NCBI GenBank assembly: GCA_963701715.1
Contig: CAVPAX010000002.1
Span: 77,040 to 141,039 of the forward strand
Reading direction: 5' to 3'
From: an uncultured beta proteobacterium
GTDB lineage: Bacteria > Pseudomonadota > Gammaproteobacteria > Burkholderiales > Methylophilaceae
Length of the DNA: 64,000 nucleotides
Positions 31,228 through 42,919 of the stretch are shown one piece after another; position 1 is the first letter of the stretch, and each line of letters starts with the position of its first letter. The position numbers were made by a program, and so were the translations under genes. The notes beneath the pieces were generated by a model. The model worked only from the letters and a program-made list of their open reading frames with translations. It did not search any database and was not told the origin of the DNA.

Positions 31228-32622
31228 TTAAGGCCCCGTATTGGGTAGCGTGATGCCTGGCGCGCTGCTGTTATCGGGCTGTTGACCTGAATCTTGGTCG
31301 GGCAACAAAATTGAATCATTATTGAACAGAATACTGCGTTCTGTTCCAGTTGCCCCTGAATCGGGTGATGCGGGTTCAGCCGAAATTTCTGCCGGAGCAT
31401 TTACTGGCGTTGCTTCTGGCACTTGCGCCGGTTTGAGATTGTTTTCTGCAACGCTGATAGCATACAAGCCACCGTCACGCGTTTCGGCGATAAGTTGTGT
31501 TGAAGTGGCACCGGGGACGAGCGACATGACAGCGTTGCTATCTAATTTAATGCGGGCGGCAAATTTACCTTCATCACGGGTTAAAAAGTGGACATAACCC
31601 TCTAAGTCGCCTACAGCAATTACCCCACCCATCGGCAGTGGCGCGGTTAAGCGGCGGTTTGCCAGCGCACCTTGACGCCAGAAGGTTTTACCAGTGGTGT
31701 AATCTAGAGAATACACAGCACCCAGTGTATGCGATACAAATATTTTGGCATCTTCTGCATTTAAGCCGCTGTAGCTAGAAATATCGCGATTCCATAAGAC
31801 TCTGCCGCTCATACGATCTACTGCGGCTATTTTTCCTTGATACGCTACTGCGTACACCAAAGGCCCATCAACGACGGGTAAACTGGTAATATCAGCAATG
31901 CGCTCAATCTCGGTCACACCCTTAGGTTGCGCAACCGTGGCTTCCCATAACAATTTACCGTTATCTGCGCGAATCGCAACTAATTTACCACCTGCGAAAC
32001 CTGCATATACCGCACCACCATCCACCACAATGCCGACACTGCTTCTTAAAGTCAACGCTGGACTGATGCGCTCATATACCCATTTGCGACTTCCGTCGGT
32101 GGCATCCAGGCCAAAGATGTGATTATCGCCGGTACGCACAATCGCTATCCCCTCAAAATAGCGAGGCACGCTCAAAATCTCGCTGGAAACCTTGGCTTTC
32201 CAAAGTAATTTTCCCGCGATGTCATATGCATGGACATTACCTTTATTCGTGCCTACCAATAAAATACCGGCACCAACTCCAATACCACCACTAACAGGTT
32301 CACCAATATTCACACGCCATAATTGGCGTCCATTACTAATATCAAATTTGATAATCTCGCCCACTGCGTTAGTAGCATACACAGCGCTTGAATCCAATGC
32401 GGGGGTGTAATCGTATCTTTCAGTCTTCCCAGCATTGCTGGACCAGTCAATTTTTGCTGTATAAGTTGCTTTGATATCTTCAAGTACTGCGGGTGGGTTA
32501 GGCGGTTCACGACCGAAAACCTTATCCGCAAGGTCTGATCTTAGTTCAGTTAGCGTGCTACATCCTGCGAGGGTTAATAAACCGAAGATTAAGAAATATC
32601 TAAATTGTTTTAAAAAGATCAT
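31228..32622 (-). CDS. bamB: Outer membrane assembly lipoprotein BamB
   Basis: Lipobox LAGC, PQQ-like propeller repeats, TEIERIADI; upstream of der. Confidence 0.94.
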   Translation of the reverse strand: MIFLKQFRYFLIFGLLTLAGCSTLTELRSDLADKVFGREPPNPPAVLEDIKATYTAKIDWSSNAGKTERYDYTPALDSSAVYATNAVGEIIKFDISNGRQLWRVNIGEPVSGGIGVGAGILLVGTNKGNVHAYDIAGKLLWKAKVSSEILSVPRYFEGIAIVRTGDNHIFGLDATDGSRKWVYERISPALTLRSSVGIVVDGGAVYAGFAGGKLVAIRADNGKLLWEATVAQPKGVTEIERIADITSLPVVDGPLVYAVAYQGKIAAVDRMSGRVLWNRDISSYSGLNAEDAKIFVSHTLGAVYSLDYTTGKTFWRQGALANRRLTAPLPMGGVIAVGDLEGYVHFLTRDEGKFAARIKLDSNAVMSLVPGATSTQLIAETRDGGLYAISVAENNLKPAQVPEATPVNAPAEISAEPASPDSGATGTERSILFNNDSILLPDQDSGQQPDNSSAPGITLPNTGP

Positions 32623-32656
32623 GACTTCCTGTTATTAATTCGTATCGAAACTTAAA

Positions 32657-33283
32657 TCAAACACCAAGCGATTCGAGTTTTTGTTGTGTATATTGATGCA
32701 CTTTTCCCTGACTATCCAAGTTTTCTAATGCAGTCTGATAGGCCTTTTTGGCTTCTGCATTTTTACCCTGTGCAAACAATACATCACCCTGCAAGTTTGC
32801 TTTTAATCCGTCGAAACCTTTGTCATTAATCGCTGCAAGTACTTTTTGCGCTTCGTCATAATTTTTTTCTTCAAACAAAATACCGGCCAATTGCAAACCA
32901 GCAATTGCTTGAACAGCACTTTCCTTAGAATTCTTGATCGCCCATTCAAGCTGCAATTTTGCACTTTTGCTGTCATTAGCCGCGAAATTGGCTTTTGCTG
33001 CCAATACGGCAGCACGACCCGCATATGGCGTGCCTGAAAAATCTTCCATTAATTTGGCAGACTGCACCTTGATTTCAGCAGTTTTCGCTAAATCTGTTAC
33101 TGCTAATGCCTGATATAAACCGGAAGCTTCCATTGCTTTTTTATTTTGAAACCAATGATAGCCCTGCCAAGCAGAATAGGCTACCAAGGCTGCCAATAAC
33201 AAGTTAGTAACCATGTTGCCATTTTTTTTCCACCAAGCTTTAAACTCATCTAACTGCTCTTGCTCTTCTAAATCGTATGCCAT
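32657..33283 (-). CDS. yfgM: YfgM family TPR protein
   Basis: MAYDLEEQEQLDEFKAWWK; synteny. Confidence 0.92.
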   Translation of the reverse strand: MAYDLEEQEQLDEFKAWWKKNGNMVTNLLLAALVAYSAWQGYHWFQNKKAMEASGLYQALAVTDLAKTAEIKVQSAKLMEDFSGTPYAGRAAVLAAKANFAANDSKSAKLQLEWAIKNSKESAVQAIAGLQLAGILFEEKNYDEAQKVLAAINDKGFDGLKANLQGDVLFAQGKNAEAKKAYQTALENLDSQGKVHQYTQQKLESLGV

Positions 33284-33316
33284 AACTTTCTTTCTAACAC
33301 TTTAAAATTTATAAGC

Positions 33317-34132
33317 CTAAGCCGCTTTTCGGCCTGGAATTGCATTTAACAACTGCTGTGTGTAAGGCTGTTGCGGCGCGTTATAAATGTCTGCTACCTT
33401 GCCCTGCTCCACAATCCTACCCTGATTCATCACTACCATTTCATCCGCAATATGCCGCACTACACGCAAATCATGGCTAATGAAAATGTAGCTTAAATTC
33501 ATCTCCCGCTGTAACTCTTTCAGCAACAACAATATTTGCGCCTGCACGGACACATCCAATGCGGAAACCGGTTCATCACACACCACCACTTTAGGTGCTA
33601 GGACTAGCGCACGCGCAATGCCGATACGCTGCCGCTGTCCACCTGAAAACTGGTGCGGATATTTTTGTGCATCCGTCACTTCGAGCCCTACGCGCTCAAG
33701 CATCTGGTGCACTTTTTCTTTTTGCTCCTCAACACTGCCCAAATTATGAATCAGCAGGCCTTCGCCCACAATTTCACCCACTTTCATACGTGGATTCAGC
33801 GAAGCAAAGGGGTCTTGAAACACCATTTGCAGATGCTTACGAACCTCACGCAGTGCTTGACCTTCAAGTCTGGCAAGGTCTTGCCCTTGAAAAAGCACCT
33901 CGCCGCTGTCAAAAGGGTGTAATTGTAACAGACAACGTGCTAACGTGGATTTGCCGCTGCCTGATTCACCTACTACCGCAAGCGTAGAGCCGGTCTTTAA
34001 TGCAATACTGACATCATCCAGCGCTTTGACTTGCGTGCTGCTAAATCCAAAACGTCCACTACGCTGCGTGTAGATTTTTACTAAATGGTTCGCCTGCAAA
34101 ATGACATCACTCATGCTGCATTCCCTAGCCAT
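33317..34132 (-). CDS. Peptide/nickel ABC transporter ATP-binding protein (DppF-like)
   Basis: GESGSGKS, FQDPFASLNPR, FSGGQRQR, CDEPVSALDVS. Confidence 0.92.
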   Translation of the reverse strand: MARECSMSDVILQANHLVKIYTQRSGRFGFSSTQVKALDDVSIALKTGSTLAVVGESGSGKSTLARCLLQLHPFDSGEVLFQGQDLARLEGQALREVRKHLQMVFQDPFASLNPRMKVGEIVGEGLLIHNLGSVEEQKEKVHQMLERVGLEVTDAQKYPHQFSGGQRQRIGIARALVLAPKVVVCDEPVSALDVSVQAQILLLLKELQREMNLSYIFISHDLRVVRHIADEMVVMNQGRIVEQGKVADIYNAPQQPYTQQLLNAIPGRKAA

Positions 34133-34938
34133 GCATAATCAATCGGTTTCAGCAATTTCTTACCCTCTGCATCCGGTACGCAATCCAATAAAGCCTTGGT
34201 GTATGGATGCTTTGGTTTTTTCAACACTTCATGCTTAGTACCTGTTTCGACAATTTCGCCCCTGAACATCACAATGACATCATCGGCAATATCCGCCACT
34301 ACGCCAAAATCATGGGTAATAAACAGCATGGCCATATTCATGCGAGTTTTGAGCTCATCCAATAATTGCAGAATCTGCGCCTGCACCGTCACATCCAGCG
34401 CAGTAGTGGGCTCATCAGCAATCAACAATGCGGGTTCACAAGCAATGCTCATGGCAATCATCACGCGCTGACGCTGTCCGCCAGAAAGCTCATCGGGGTA
34501 GCTATTGGCACGCTCAATCGGGATGCCAACTTGCTGCAACAAGCTTTCTACCCGCAGCTTGAGAGCAGCTCCTTTTAAGCCCAAATGCGCAGTCAACGCC
34601 TCTCCAATTTGATAACCAACTGTGAGTACAGGATTTAGCGAAGTCATCGGCTCTTGGAAAATCATGCCGATTTTTGCACCGCGTATGGTCTGCATGGCTT
34701 TATTATCCAGGCTGGTTAGCTCCTGTCCTTGAAATCGTATGCTGCCTTTTGCTTGTAGCTGGGATGATAGCAAACCCATGACACTCAAGGCTGTCAGGCT
34801 TTTCCCACTGCCGGATTCACCAACGATGCAGGTAGTTTTCCCCGCCAAAAGTGTCAACGAAACATTGTTTACAAGCAAGCGGCTTGGCATGCTTCTTGGC
34901 GTAATACTAAGATTTTGAATGTTTAGAATTTCTTCCAT
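34111..34938 (-). CDS. Peptide/nickel ABC transporter ATP-binding protein (DppD-like)
   Basis: GESGSGKS, FQEPMTSLNP, ADEPTTALDVT, HPYT. Confidence 0.92.
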   Translation of the reverse strand: MEEILNIQNLSITPRSMPSRLLVNNVSLTLLAGKTTCIVGESGSGKSLTALSVMGLLSSQLQAKGSIRFQGQELTSLDNKAMQTIRGAKIGMIFQEPMTSLNPVLTVGYQIGEALTAHLGLKGAALKLRVESLLQQVGIPIERANSYPDELSGGQRQRVMIAMSIACEPALLIADEPTTALDVTVQAQILQLLDELKTRMNMAMLFITHDFGVVADIADDVIVMFRGEIVETGTKHEVLKKPKHPYTKALLDCVPDAEGKKLLKPIDYAWLGNAA

Positions 34939-34939
34939 A

Positions 34940-35707
34940 TTATTCAATGTTATAAACGATGGTGACAACTACTCGCGCGGTTTTATCGATAGTAGATTTA
35001 TCGTAAACTCCGCCATAACTATTATCACTGTCCTCGCCCCCACCTACAGGAAGTATATAGAACGCGCCTTGTGAGGCAGATTTCATTACACCAACCTTCA
35101 CACCGTCCTGCTTAACGAACTCGGTAGCACGAGTGCGAGCGTTTTTAGTTGCATCAGCGATTAGCGACATTTTAATTTCTTCCAAATTGCTCACCAAATA
35201 TTGTGGCGGTTGTGCGTTCACCAGATGGTTGTCGGCGCGTAGCTGCAGTATTGCCTTGTTTGCATTGGTGATTTTGTCTAAATCCTTACTCGAAACATGG
35301 AAACTCTGCGAGCCGTCGTAACCATTACGCACTTGGCGCGGCGTGTCTTTAATGAATACTTCGTCATAGTGATCGTAAATATTCTCCACGTCCACAGCAA
35401 TGCTTTCTTTAGGCAAGCTCTGTTTCACTAGGAAATCTTCCAGCACCTTGCGCTCGGTCGCCAATTTTTGTAATGCGCCACGCTGCGTGGAATCCGTCAC
35501 GCCAATACTGAGTGTCCATTCCGCACTATCGGCCTTAATCGGCTTCTCTGCCAAGCCTTTTACGGTAATGCTCTGTTGGCCGGAAACCGCACGCTTGGCT
35601 TGCACACCAAGGATAAACGCCGCGCTAGCCATGCCGATCGCCAACAGCAGACCAAGCACAATGATAGCCTTGGGGTATTGGGATGAGTTGGTATTCGTTT
35701 CGTTCAT
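34940..35707 (-). CDS. SIMPL (DUF541) domain protein
   Basis: N-terminal [26 protein letters not shown]. Confidence 0.85.
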   Translation of the reverse strand: MNETNTNSSQYPKAIIVLGLLLAIGMASAAFILGVQAKRAVSGQQSITVKGLAEKPIKADSAEWTLSIGVTDSTQRGALQKLATERKVLEDFLVKQSLPKESIAVDVENIYDHYDEVFIKDTPRQVRNGYDGSQSFHVSSKDLDKITNANKAILQLRADNHLVNAQPPQYLVSNLEEIKMSLIADATKNARTRATEFVKQDGVKVGVMKSASQGAFYILPVGGGEDSDNSYGGVYDKSTIDKTARVVVTIVYNIE

Positions 35708-36966
35708 TTGGCTACCCCTATGTGCGTTGCTACTTGGGCAAGCTTATAACGAATTTGTTCACCGGCTTGCAGTAAAGGTTTGAGCGAGATTTCACCCGCC
35801 GCCGCTTCGTCATCGCCCAAAATCGCAGCGAATCGCGCGCCACTTCTATCGGCCTTTTTCATTTGGGATTTAAAACTGCCGCCCCCAGCATGCAGCACTA
35901 CGCTCAAACCCGCACTGCGTAAGGTTTCTGCTACGTTAAAAGCCTGTTTTTCCGCTAATTCGCCAACATTCACAAGATAAACATCTGGCGAACTAGTTGC
36001 AGTAACTCCGTATTCCTGCATCAGCAAAAATACACGCTCTAAGCCAATGCCAAAGCCACACGCAGGTGTAGCGTTGCCACCCAAACGTTCTACTAATGTG
36101 TCATAACGCCCACCAGCTGCAATGGTACCTTGTGCACCTAGTTTTGTGGTCACCCACTCAAATACAGTGCGGTTATAATAGTCCAGACCACGCACCAGAC
36201 GATGGTTAATTTGATACCTCATACCTGCTTGCGTCAGTAATTGACATAATTTCTCAAAATGAGATCGACTAGCCTCGTCCAGACTGTCCATCAGTTTAGG
36301 CGCAGCTTCGCAAATAGCTTGCATACGTGGATTTTTGGTATCCAGAATGCGTAACGGATTGGTATATAATCGGCGTTTAGCATCTTCGTCCAGCACATCT
36401 GCGTGCTTTTCGAAGTACGCAATTAGAGCATTTCGGTAAGCTGTTCGCTCCTCTGCATCACCGATGCTATTAATTTGCAACTCAACATCTTTGATACCTA
36501 GCGCTGTCCAAAGCCTTCCCAGCATTACAATCTGCTCGGCATCGACATCGGGTGACTCAAACCCAAATGCCTCTACGCCAACCTGATGAAACTGGCGTTG
36601 ACGACCTTTTTGTACATTCTCATGCCGGAACATTGCTCCGCTATACCACAGGCGCTGCGGGCCATTGTAAGTCAGGTTATGTTCAATCACAGCCCGCACG
36701 CAGCCTGCAGTGCCTTCAGGTCGCAACGTTAGTTTGTCACCGTTTAAGGCATCTTCCCAAGCATACATTTCTTTTTCGACAATATCGGTGTGCTCGCCTA
36801 CGCTACGCACGAATAATTCCGTGGTTTCCACCAGCGGCATGCGAATGTTGTTGTAGCCATACTGTGCCAATATGCGTCTGGCTGTATCTTCGAGTTTAAA
36901 CCAAAGCGGGGTAGCTTCTGGTAGGATGTCGTAAAAGCCTTTAATGGATTGAAACTTTTGATTCAT
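35704..36966 (-). CDS. hisS: Histidine--tRNA ligase
   Basis: [26 protein letters not shown]. Confidence 0.98.
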   Translation of the reverse strand: MNQKFQSIKGFYDILPEATPLWFKLEDTARRILAQYGYNNIRMPLVETTELFVRSVGEHTDIVEKEMYAWEDALNGDKLTLRPEGTAGCVRAVIEHNLTYNGPQRLWYSGAMFRHENVQKGRQRQFHQVGVEAFGFESPDVDAEQIVMLGRLWTALGIKDVELQINSIGDAEERTAYRNALIAYFEKHADVLDEDAKRRLYTNPLRILDTKNPRMQAICEAAPKLMDSLDEASRSHFEKLCQLLTQAGMRYQINHRLVRGLDYYNRTVFEWVTTKLGAQGTIAAGGRYDTLVERLGGNATPACGFGIGLERVFLLMQEYGVTATSSPDVYLVNVGELAEKQAFNVAETLRSAGLSVVLHAGGGSFKSQMKKADRSGARFAAILGDDEAAAGEISLKPLLQAGEQIRYKLAQVATHIGVAK

Positions 36967-36973
36967 TTTAATT

Positions 36974-38254
36974 TTAATTAACAGCTGAAATTGGAATAGT
37001 TTTTTGAGTTAAATTGACACGGAGCTTGCCGCCTTCTACATAGTTTTTTTGCACATAATCTTCGACAATCGCCTGAAACTCTTGCGCGATATTATCGCCT
37101 TTCAAAGTCACGGTTTTTTCGCCATCTACAAACACTGGGGCAACTGGCACTTCACCAGTGCCAGGCAAGCTGATACCGATATTTGCTAACTTAGATTCAC
37201 CTGGACCATTTACCACGCAGCCCATTACCGCAACGTTCATATTCTCCACACCCGGATAACTTTTGCGCCAAACCGGCATTTGATTGCGCAGATAGTTTTG
37301 AATCTGCATAGCAAGTTCTTGAAAATAAGTCGATGTCGTACGTCCACAACCCGGGCATGCCGTGACCAAAGGCGTGAATGAACGGATACCCATGGTCTGC
37401 AGGATCTCTTGTGCCACTACAACCTCTTTAGTACGTGACTCGCTCGGTTCCGGTGTCAAACTGACACGAATGGTATCGCCGATGCCATCCTGCAAGAGTA
37501 ATGACAATGCGGCTGTAGATGCTACTATTCCTTTGGAACCCATCCCTGCTTCAGTTAACCCCAAGTGCAAAGGGTAATCGCAACGCTTGGCAAGTTCACG
37601 ATACACTTTAACCAGATCTTGTACGTTACTGACCTTGCAAGAAATAATGATTTGATTAGGCAGCAGGCCAAGATTCACAGCCTGCTGTGCACTTTCTAGC
37701 GCCGATTGAATAAGCGCTTCACGCATCAATTCTTCTGATGACATGGGGTTGCTTGATTTGCCGTTATCATCCATCATCTGCGCCATTTTGGCTTGGTCTA
37801 AACTGCCCCAATTGACACCGATACGCACTGCTTTTTGGTATTTAATCGCCGCCTCTATCATGCTAGAGAACTGTTCGTCGCGCTTGCTGCCTTTGCCCAC
37901 ATTGCCTGGATTGATGCGGTATTTGGCTAGAGACTGAGCACAATCCGGGTAAGCCGCAAGCAGCTTATGGCCGTTGTAATGAAAGTCGCCCACCAGCGGC
38001 ACATTGCAGCCCAGCGCATCCAAACCAGCGCGGATATTGGAAACCTGTGCCGCAGATTCTGGTGAGTTAACCGTAATACGCACTACCTCAGAACCTGCTT
38101 GCCATAACTCATATACCTGCTGAATAGTCGCTTGTGCATCGGCAGTATCGGTATTGGTCATGCTCTGCACAACAACTGGCGCAGTCACCGTGCCATGCAA
38201 ACCACCACCAACAGGCACATGGCCTATCATCACTTGTAAAGAATTACGCCGCAT
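36974..38254 (-). CDS. ispG: HMBPP synthase IspG
   Basis: [38 protein letters not shown]. Confidence 0.98.
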   Translation of the reverse strand: MRRNSLQVMIGHVPVGGGLHGTVTAPVVVQSMTNTDTADAQATIQQVYELWQAGSEVVRITVNSPESAAQVSNIRAGLDALGCNVPLVGDFHYNGHKLLAAYPDCAQSLAKYRINPGNVGKGSKRDEQFSSMIEAAIKYQKAVRIGVNWGSLDQAKMAQMMDDNGKSSNPMSSEELMREALIQSALESAQQAVNLGLLPNQIIISCKVSNVQDLVKVYRELAKRCDYPLHLGLTEAGMGSKGIVASTAALSLLLQDGIGDTIRVSLTPEPSESRTKEVVVAQEILQTMGIRSFTPLVTACPGCGRTTSTYFQELAMQIQNYLRNQMPVWRKSYPGVENMNVAVMGCVVNGPGESKLANIGISLPGTGEVPVAPVFVDGEKTVTLKGDNIAQEFQAIVEDYVQKNYVEGGKLRVNLTQKTIPISAVN

Positions 38255-38263
38255 ATTGAGAAA

Positions 38264-39259
38264 CTACTCAAGCTTGATGTGTGCTACGTTTTGGCGTGAA
38301 TGCGGCGCTAAATCGACCGGCTTGCCATTCATGCTAATGCTGGTAGCTCCCGCATTGCCCACCACCACATTCACAGGTAGTGTAATATCAATGCTTTCGC
38401 GGCTACCAGCAAAAATTGTCTTGTTGAAAATTTCTTTACCTGCCGCATCAACTACACTCACCCAAGTTTCTTGAGTTGCACTTAACTCTAACTTAACCGC
38501 ACCATTAGGATTAGGTGCAATAGAGGTTTCTATCGGTTGACCATTTGTTACTGGCACTGAAGGTGTGTTTGCGATAGCAGTATTATCCACAACAGCATCT
38601 GTAGATGGTGCTTGATTTATAATATCAGCTGCAGTAGTCGAACTAGTATCTGCAGGGGGCAGTTGTAATTCTGTTGCCGGTTGCGCAACAGCCGCGCGCT
38701 CTGCTGCTGGCAATGCAGCTTCTGGCAAGGCCTCTACAACACTTTCTGTCACTGTAGGTTTGGTCGGGCTAGGTTTTTCGACATAGCTTTGATAAAACAG
38801 CCACGTAGCCAAACCCACCAACAAGGTTAACCCAGCCCAAATGTAATTCGCTGTTTTCGGTTTGTCGTAACCGGTCATTTTCATAGTTGAAGTTGGCTTT
38901 ATCGTGAACTCATGCGGTGCGCTGCTTGGCACTAGTACATTATAAGCATCTAACAGAGGCTCTACATTGATCTTAAGCAGTTTTGCATAGTTACGGATAA
39001 ACCCTCTTACGATGGTAGGTTCTGGCAAAATTGCAAAATTATCAGCCTCTATCGCCTCAATTTGCCTAGTACTTAATCTAAGACGGCTTGCAATATCCTG
39101 TATGGACAAACCTTGACTTTCACGTGCCAAGCGTAACGCGCCACCACAACGAGATCGTTGATAAATGTCGTTCTCGTATGAATTCATCTCTCCTGCCTGA
39201 ATAGATTTGTTCTGTGTCATTTCATTTTTTTGAGTAGACTCTTTGGTTTTACGCGCCAT
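38264..39259 (-). CDS. rodZ: Cytoskeleton protein RodZ
   Basis: N-terminal HTH (RGFIRNYAK), TM, DUF4115 C-terminus (VGNAG). Confidence 0.9.
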   Translation of the reverse strand: MARKTKESTQKNEMTQNKSIQAGEMNSYENDIYQRSRCGGALRLARESQGLSIQDIASRLRLSTRQIEAIEADNFAILPEPTIVRGFIRNYAKLLKINVEPLLDAYNVLVPSSAPHEFTIKPTSTMKMTGYDKPKTANYIWAGLTLLVGLATWLFYQSYVEKPSPTKPTVTESVVEALPEAALPAAERAAVAQPATELQLPPADTSSTTAADIINQAPSTDAVVDNTAIANTPSVPVTNGQPIETSIAPNPNGAVKLELSATQETWVSVVDAAGKEIFNKTIFAGSRESIDITLPVNVVVGNAGATSISMNGKPVDLAPHSRQNVAHIKLE

Positions 39260-39300
39260 GATGTCACCTTAATGTATAGCACCTTATCAATTACTTATTG

Positions 39301-40068
39301 CTATTGACCACTCAATAACAATCGCGTTTGTTCGGAGTTAGGATATTGCTGACGTAACTGCAACGCATAACTGGCTATATTATCCTTGTCGCCCAAAACT
39401 CGCGCAATTTTAATGCCCAACCACAAAGTCTCAGCGCTTGGGGACATCACCAGGGCGTTTTGTAGCGTCTTTTGTGCAGTCTTTACATCACCGCGCTTAA
39501 ACTGGATTTCTGCTAATTGCGTGGCTGCAGAATGCGTAAGCGGCTGAATCTGCAACGCTTTATTGAGGTATATTTCTGCATTTTTGACATCATTTTTACG
39601 CGCAGAGCAGATGCCTGCATTGGCATATGCTAGGTTAGGTGTCGAATATAGTGGATTTTTAACCGCCTCTAAAAACTGGACAATGGATTCATCATAACGG
39701 CTACGTGAACATAAAAAACTGCCGTAATTGTTATGAGACTCAGAGCTACCTGGCTGAATTTGAATGGCTTTTTTGAAATTAGCATCCGCTTTCACATCTT
39801 CATTCAACGCCGCATAGACTAAGCCCAAACCATTGTATGCCTGCCCATAGTTGGGATCGATTTGAATTGCATGGTTAAATTCATCCAAGGCGATTTCGAG
39901 TTTATTTTGCTGATAATAAGCCGCTCCCAAATCCGTGTGCGCGCGCGCGCGCGCTGTAAGTCTGCTTTCGCCATAACCATCTGCTCCGCCCTGCGGAGTC
40001 GTAGTGCATGCACTAATCAAAACTAGCAGCATAGTAACCAAGCTGAAATTTATTAATTTTAACTTCAT
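39301..40068 (-). CDS. pilW: Type IV pilus biogenesis/stability lipoprotein PilW/PilF
   Basis: Lipobox ISAC, TPRs, [17 protein letters not shown]. Confidence 0.92.
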   Translation of the reverse strand: MKLKLINFSLVTMLLVLISACTTTPQGGADGYGESRLTARARAHTDLGAAYYQQNKLEIALDEFNHAIQIDPNYGQAYNGLGLVYAALNEDVKADANFKKAIQIQPGSSESHNNYGSFLCSRSRYDESIVQFLEAVKNPLYSTPNLAYANAGICSARKNDVKNAEIYLNKALQIQPLTHSAATQLAEIQFKRGDVKTAQKTLQNALVMSPSAETLWLGIKIARVLGDKDNIASYALQLRQQYPNSEQTRLLLSGQ

Positions 40069-41183
40069 GCAACCGCCTCTATTGAAATTTTTAAATTACG
40101 TTTTGTTTTATCCAGCACTTTTCCTGCTAACTGCCCACATGCTGCATCGATATCTTCACCACGCGTTTTGCGAACAGTCACTACATAGCCCGCTTGCATT
40201 AAAATATCACGGAACACGCGAATATGGCTAGGTTTAGATGTCTCATAACCGCTGTTGGGGAATGGATTAAACGGGATTAAATTAAATTTACAGGGAATAT
40301 TTTTCACTACCTGTAACAACTGGTGCGCATGTTCCACTGTATCGTTCACGCCGTCCAGCATCACATACTCAAAGGTCACAAAATCTCTCGGCGCCTTCAC
40401 CAGATAACGCTCACATGCGGCCATGAGTTCTTTAATCGGGTATTTTTTATTAATCGGCACCAGCACGTCTCTCAATTCGTCGTTAGGTGCATGCAGGCTG
40501 ACAGCCAAAGCAACAGCGCAATCCTCTTTCAGCTTATCCATCGCAGGCACGATGCCGCTGGTAGAAAGGGTCACACGTCGGCGACTCAAACCGTACGCGC
40601 TGTCGTCCAGCATAATCTGCATAGCAGTCACCACATTATCGTAATTGGTGAGCGGCTCGCCCATGCCCATCATCACCACATTCGAAATAATGCGCTCACC
40701 TGCCGGCAACATGTCATAGCCATCGGCCTGACGCAATGATTTGTTTGCCAACCAAAGCTGGCCGATAATTTCAGAAACACTCAGATTGCGGTTAAACCCC
40801 TGCCTGCCCGTGCTGCAAAACGTACACGCCAGTGCGCAGCCTACCTGGCTGGATATACATAAAGTGCCTCTATCATCCTCAGGAATAAACACAGTTTCGA
40901 TGCTGTTCGCTTTATCAGTTCCGCCTTTACTATATACATCGATGAGCCATTTGCGCGTGCCGTCGTCCGACACTTGCTCCAACTGCACGGTTGGCGGTGA
41001 GATTTCTGCCTCGATTTGCAATTTTTCGCGCAAACTTTTGGCGATGTCAGTCATTTGACTAAAGTCGTTCACGCCAAAATGATGTATCCAGCGCATCATC
41101 TGCTTGGCGCGAAACGGCTTCTCACCGAGCCCGACAAAGTACTCAGCGAGCTGTTGTTGATTGAAATCTAAGAGATTAACCAA
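40065..41183 (-). CDS. rlmN: 23S rRNA/tRNA methyltransferase RlmN
   Basis: [26 protein letters not shown]; probable TTG start overlapping the ndk stop. Confidence 0.97.
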   Translation of the reverse strand: MVNLLDFNQQQLAEYFVGLGEKPFRAKQMMRWIHHFGVNDFSQMTDIAKSLREKLQIEAEISPPTVQLEQVSDDGTRKWLIDVYSKGGTDKANSIETVFIPEDDRGTLCISSQVGCALACTFCSTGRQGFNRNLSVSEIIGQLWLANKSLRQADGYDMLPAGERIISNVVMMGMGEPLTNYDNVVTAMQIMLDDSAYGLSRRRVTLSTSGIVPAMDKLKEDCAVALAVSLHAPNDELRDVLVPINKKYPIKELMAACERYLVKAPRDFVTFEYVMLDGVNDTVEHAHQLLQVVKNIPCKFNLIPFNPFPNSGYETSKPSHIRVFRDILMQAGYVVTVRKTRGEDIDAACGQLAGKVLDKTKRNLKISIEAVA

Positions 41184-41580
41184 AGAAGTATTTGATCTCG
41201 ATGGCAGCATTTTCCAAACTGTCAGACCCATGCACCGCATTCGCATCAATGCTCTCGGCAAAGTCTGCGCGAATCGTACCTGGCGCAGCTTCTTTCGGGT
41301 TGGTAGCGCCCATTAATTCACGGTTTTTTGCCACAGCATTTTCGCCTTCTAATGCCTGAATCATCACAGGACCGGAAATCATGAATTTCACCAGGTCATT
41401 GAAAAAAGGACGTTCTTTATGCACGGCATAAAAACCTTCTGCTTCCGCCTTAGTGAGATGCGTCATTTTTGCTGCAACGATTTTCAGGCCAGCGTTTTCA
41501 AAACGTGTATAAATTTTACCAATTACGTTTTTTGCCACCGCGTCTGGTTTAATAATGCTAAGGGTACGTTCTACTGCCAT
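41176..41580 (-). CDS. ndk: Nucleoside diphosphate kinase
   Basis: [20 protein letters not shown]. Confidence 0.99.
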   Translation of the reverse strand: MAVERTLSIIKPDAVAKNVIGKIYTRFENAGLKIVAAKMTHLTKAEAEGFYAVHKERPFFNDLVKFMISGPVMIQALEGENAVAKNRELMGATNPKEAAPGTIRADFAESIDANAVHGSDSLENAAIEIKYFFG

Positions 41581-41698
41581 GTCGACTCCAAAAATAAATA
41601 TTAAAATGAACTACTTAGAAAGGCATGCACTTTAACATTTTTAGTAATTTTTATAAACCATCAATTTGTAGCATTTTGTAAATCATAATGCCAAAAAT

Positions 41699-42919
41699 GT
41701 GGCAAAATCAGATGTTATGAATTCCGATAACGGTAATACCAGAACAATGATGGCCACCTGTCCGGCCTGCGGTTTATTGTGCGATGATGTATTGATTGAA
41801 AATAATCAAAATAAAATCAGCGTGCTGGAGGGTAGCTGCACAAAAAGCATCAGCTTTTTTGAGCAATCCATTGGCAATATCACACCCCTAATTGCAGGTA
41901 AGCCAGCCACCTTTCAGGAAGCCATTGCAAAGACAGCACAAATTCTAAAAATAGCCAAAAACCCATTATTAGCGGGATTGAGCACCGATTTGCAAGGCTT
42001 TAGGGCAATATACGATTTGGCGCAAAAAACAGATGCAACACTTAGCCATATGAACGCAGCCAGTTCGCAACGCAATTTGCGCGTGCTGCAAAGCGCGGGC
42101 TGGCAGATTACGACCCTGACCGAAGTGAAGAACCGGGCCGATGTGATTGTATGCATCGGCACGGACGTTGTGACGCATAACCCACGCTTTTTTGAACGCA
42201 TTATTCAGCAAGACGGCATGTTTATAGGTGCTAAAGAACGCGAGGTTATCTTTATTGGCGAAAATATTCAGAAAAATGATACTCTGGAAGGCTCGTCCCT
42301 ATTAGCTTGCAGGGCATCCGATTTACCTGAAATCACACTTGCTATGCGTGCTTTGGTGCTTGGCAAAAAGTTAAAAGCTACACAAGTTGCCGGCGTCAAC
42401 ACCAGCGACTTACAAACGGTTGTCGATAAACTGAAACAAGCCAAATATGCTGTACTGGTTTGGGTTGCAAAAGACCTGGATTTCCCGCATGCCGAACTGA
42501 CCATTCAGAATATCACTGAAACTGCGGTAGTTTTAAACCAAATAACACGCGCAGCCGGACTTCAACTAGGCAGCAGCGACGGCGATACCGGCGTCAATTA
42601 TGCCAATACCTGGTTGAGCGGTGTAACTTTGAAGGAAGATCAATCCATTCAGCATGATGCCGTTGTTTGGGTAAACAGTTTTAGCCCAGACAAAAAGCCG
42701 CCCTCGTCTGATAGACCGTTGATTGTACTGGGCAATGCCAACAGCCAGTTTGGAAATAAACCCGATGTATTTATTCCAATCGCCACACCAGGCCTGGATT
42801 GCGGCGGCCTATTATTCAGGGTGGACGGCTCGGTCACGCTACCACTGAAGAAACTGCGTGAAACCGGCTTGCCGACGTTGAGTGATGTCGTTAGCCAAAT
42901 TAAGGTGCTGCTCGGATGA
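41699..42919 (+). CDS. fhcB: Formyltransferase/hydrolase complex subunit B
   Basis: CPACGLLCDD, TTLTEVKNRADV (FwdB-like); first gene of the B-A-D-C cluster. Confidence 0.88.
   Translation: MAKSDVMNSDNGNTRTMMATCPACGLLCDDVLIENNQNKISVLEGSCTKSISFFEQSIGNITPLIAGKPATFQEAIAKTAQILKIAKNPLLAGLSTDLQGFRAIYDLAQKTDATLSHMNAASSQRNLRVLQSAGWQITTLTEVKNRADVIVCIGTDVVTHNPRFFERIIQQDGMFIGAKEREVIFIGENIQKNDTLEGSSLLACRASDLPEITLAMRALVLGKKLKATQVAGVNTSDLQTVVDKLKQAKYAVLVWVAKDLDFPHAELTIQNITETAVVLNQITRAAGLQLGSSDGDTGVNYANTWLSGVTLKEDQSIQHDAVVWVNSFSPDKKPPSSDRPLIVLGNANSQFGNKPDVFIPIATPGLDCGGLLFRVDGSVTLPLKKLRETGLPTLSDVVSQIKVLLG

Noticed and set aside
39939-39954. (GC)8 dinucleotide run in pilW as a possible phase-variation tract
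   Set aside because: In frame, encodes an ordinary ARARAH helix start and the gene is intact; no evidence of slippage
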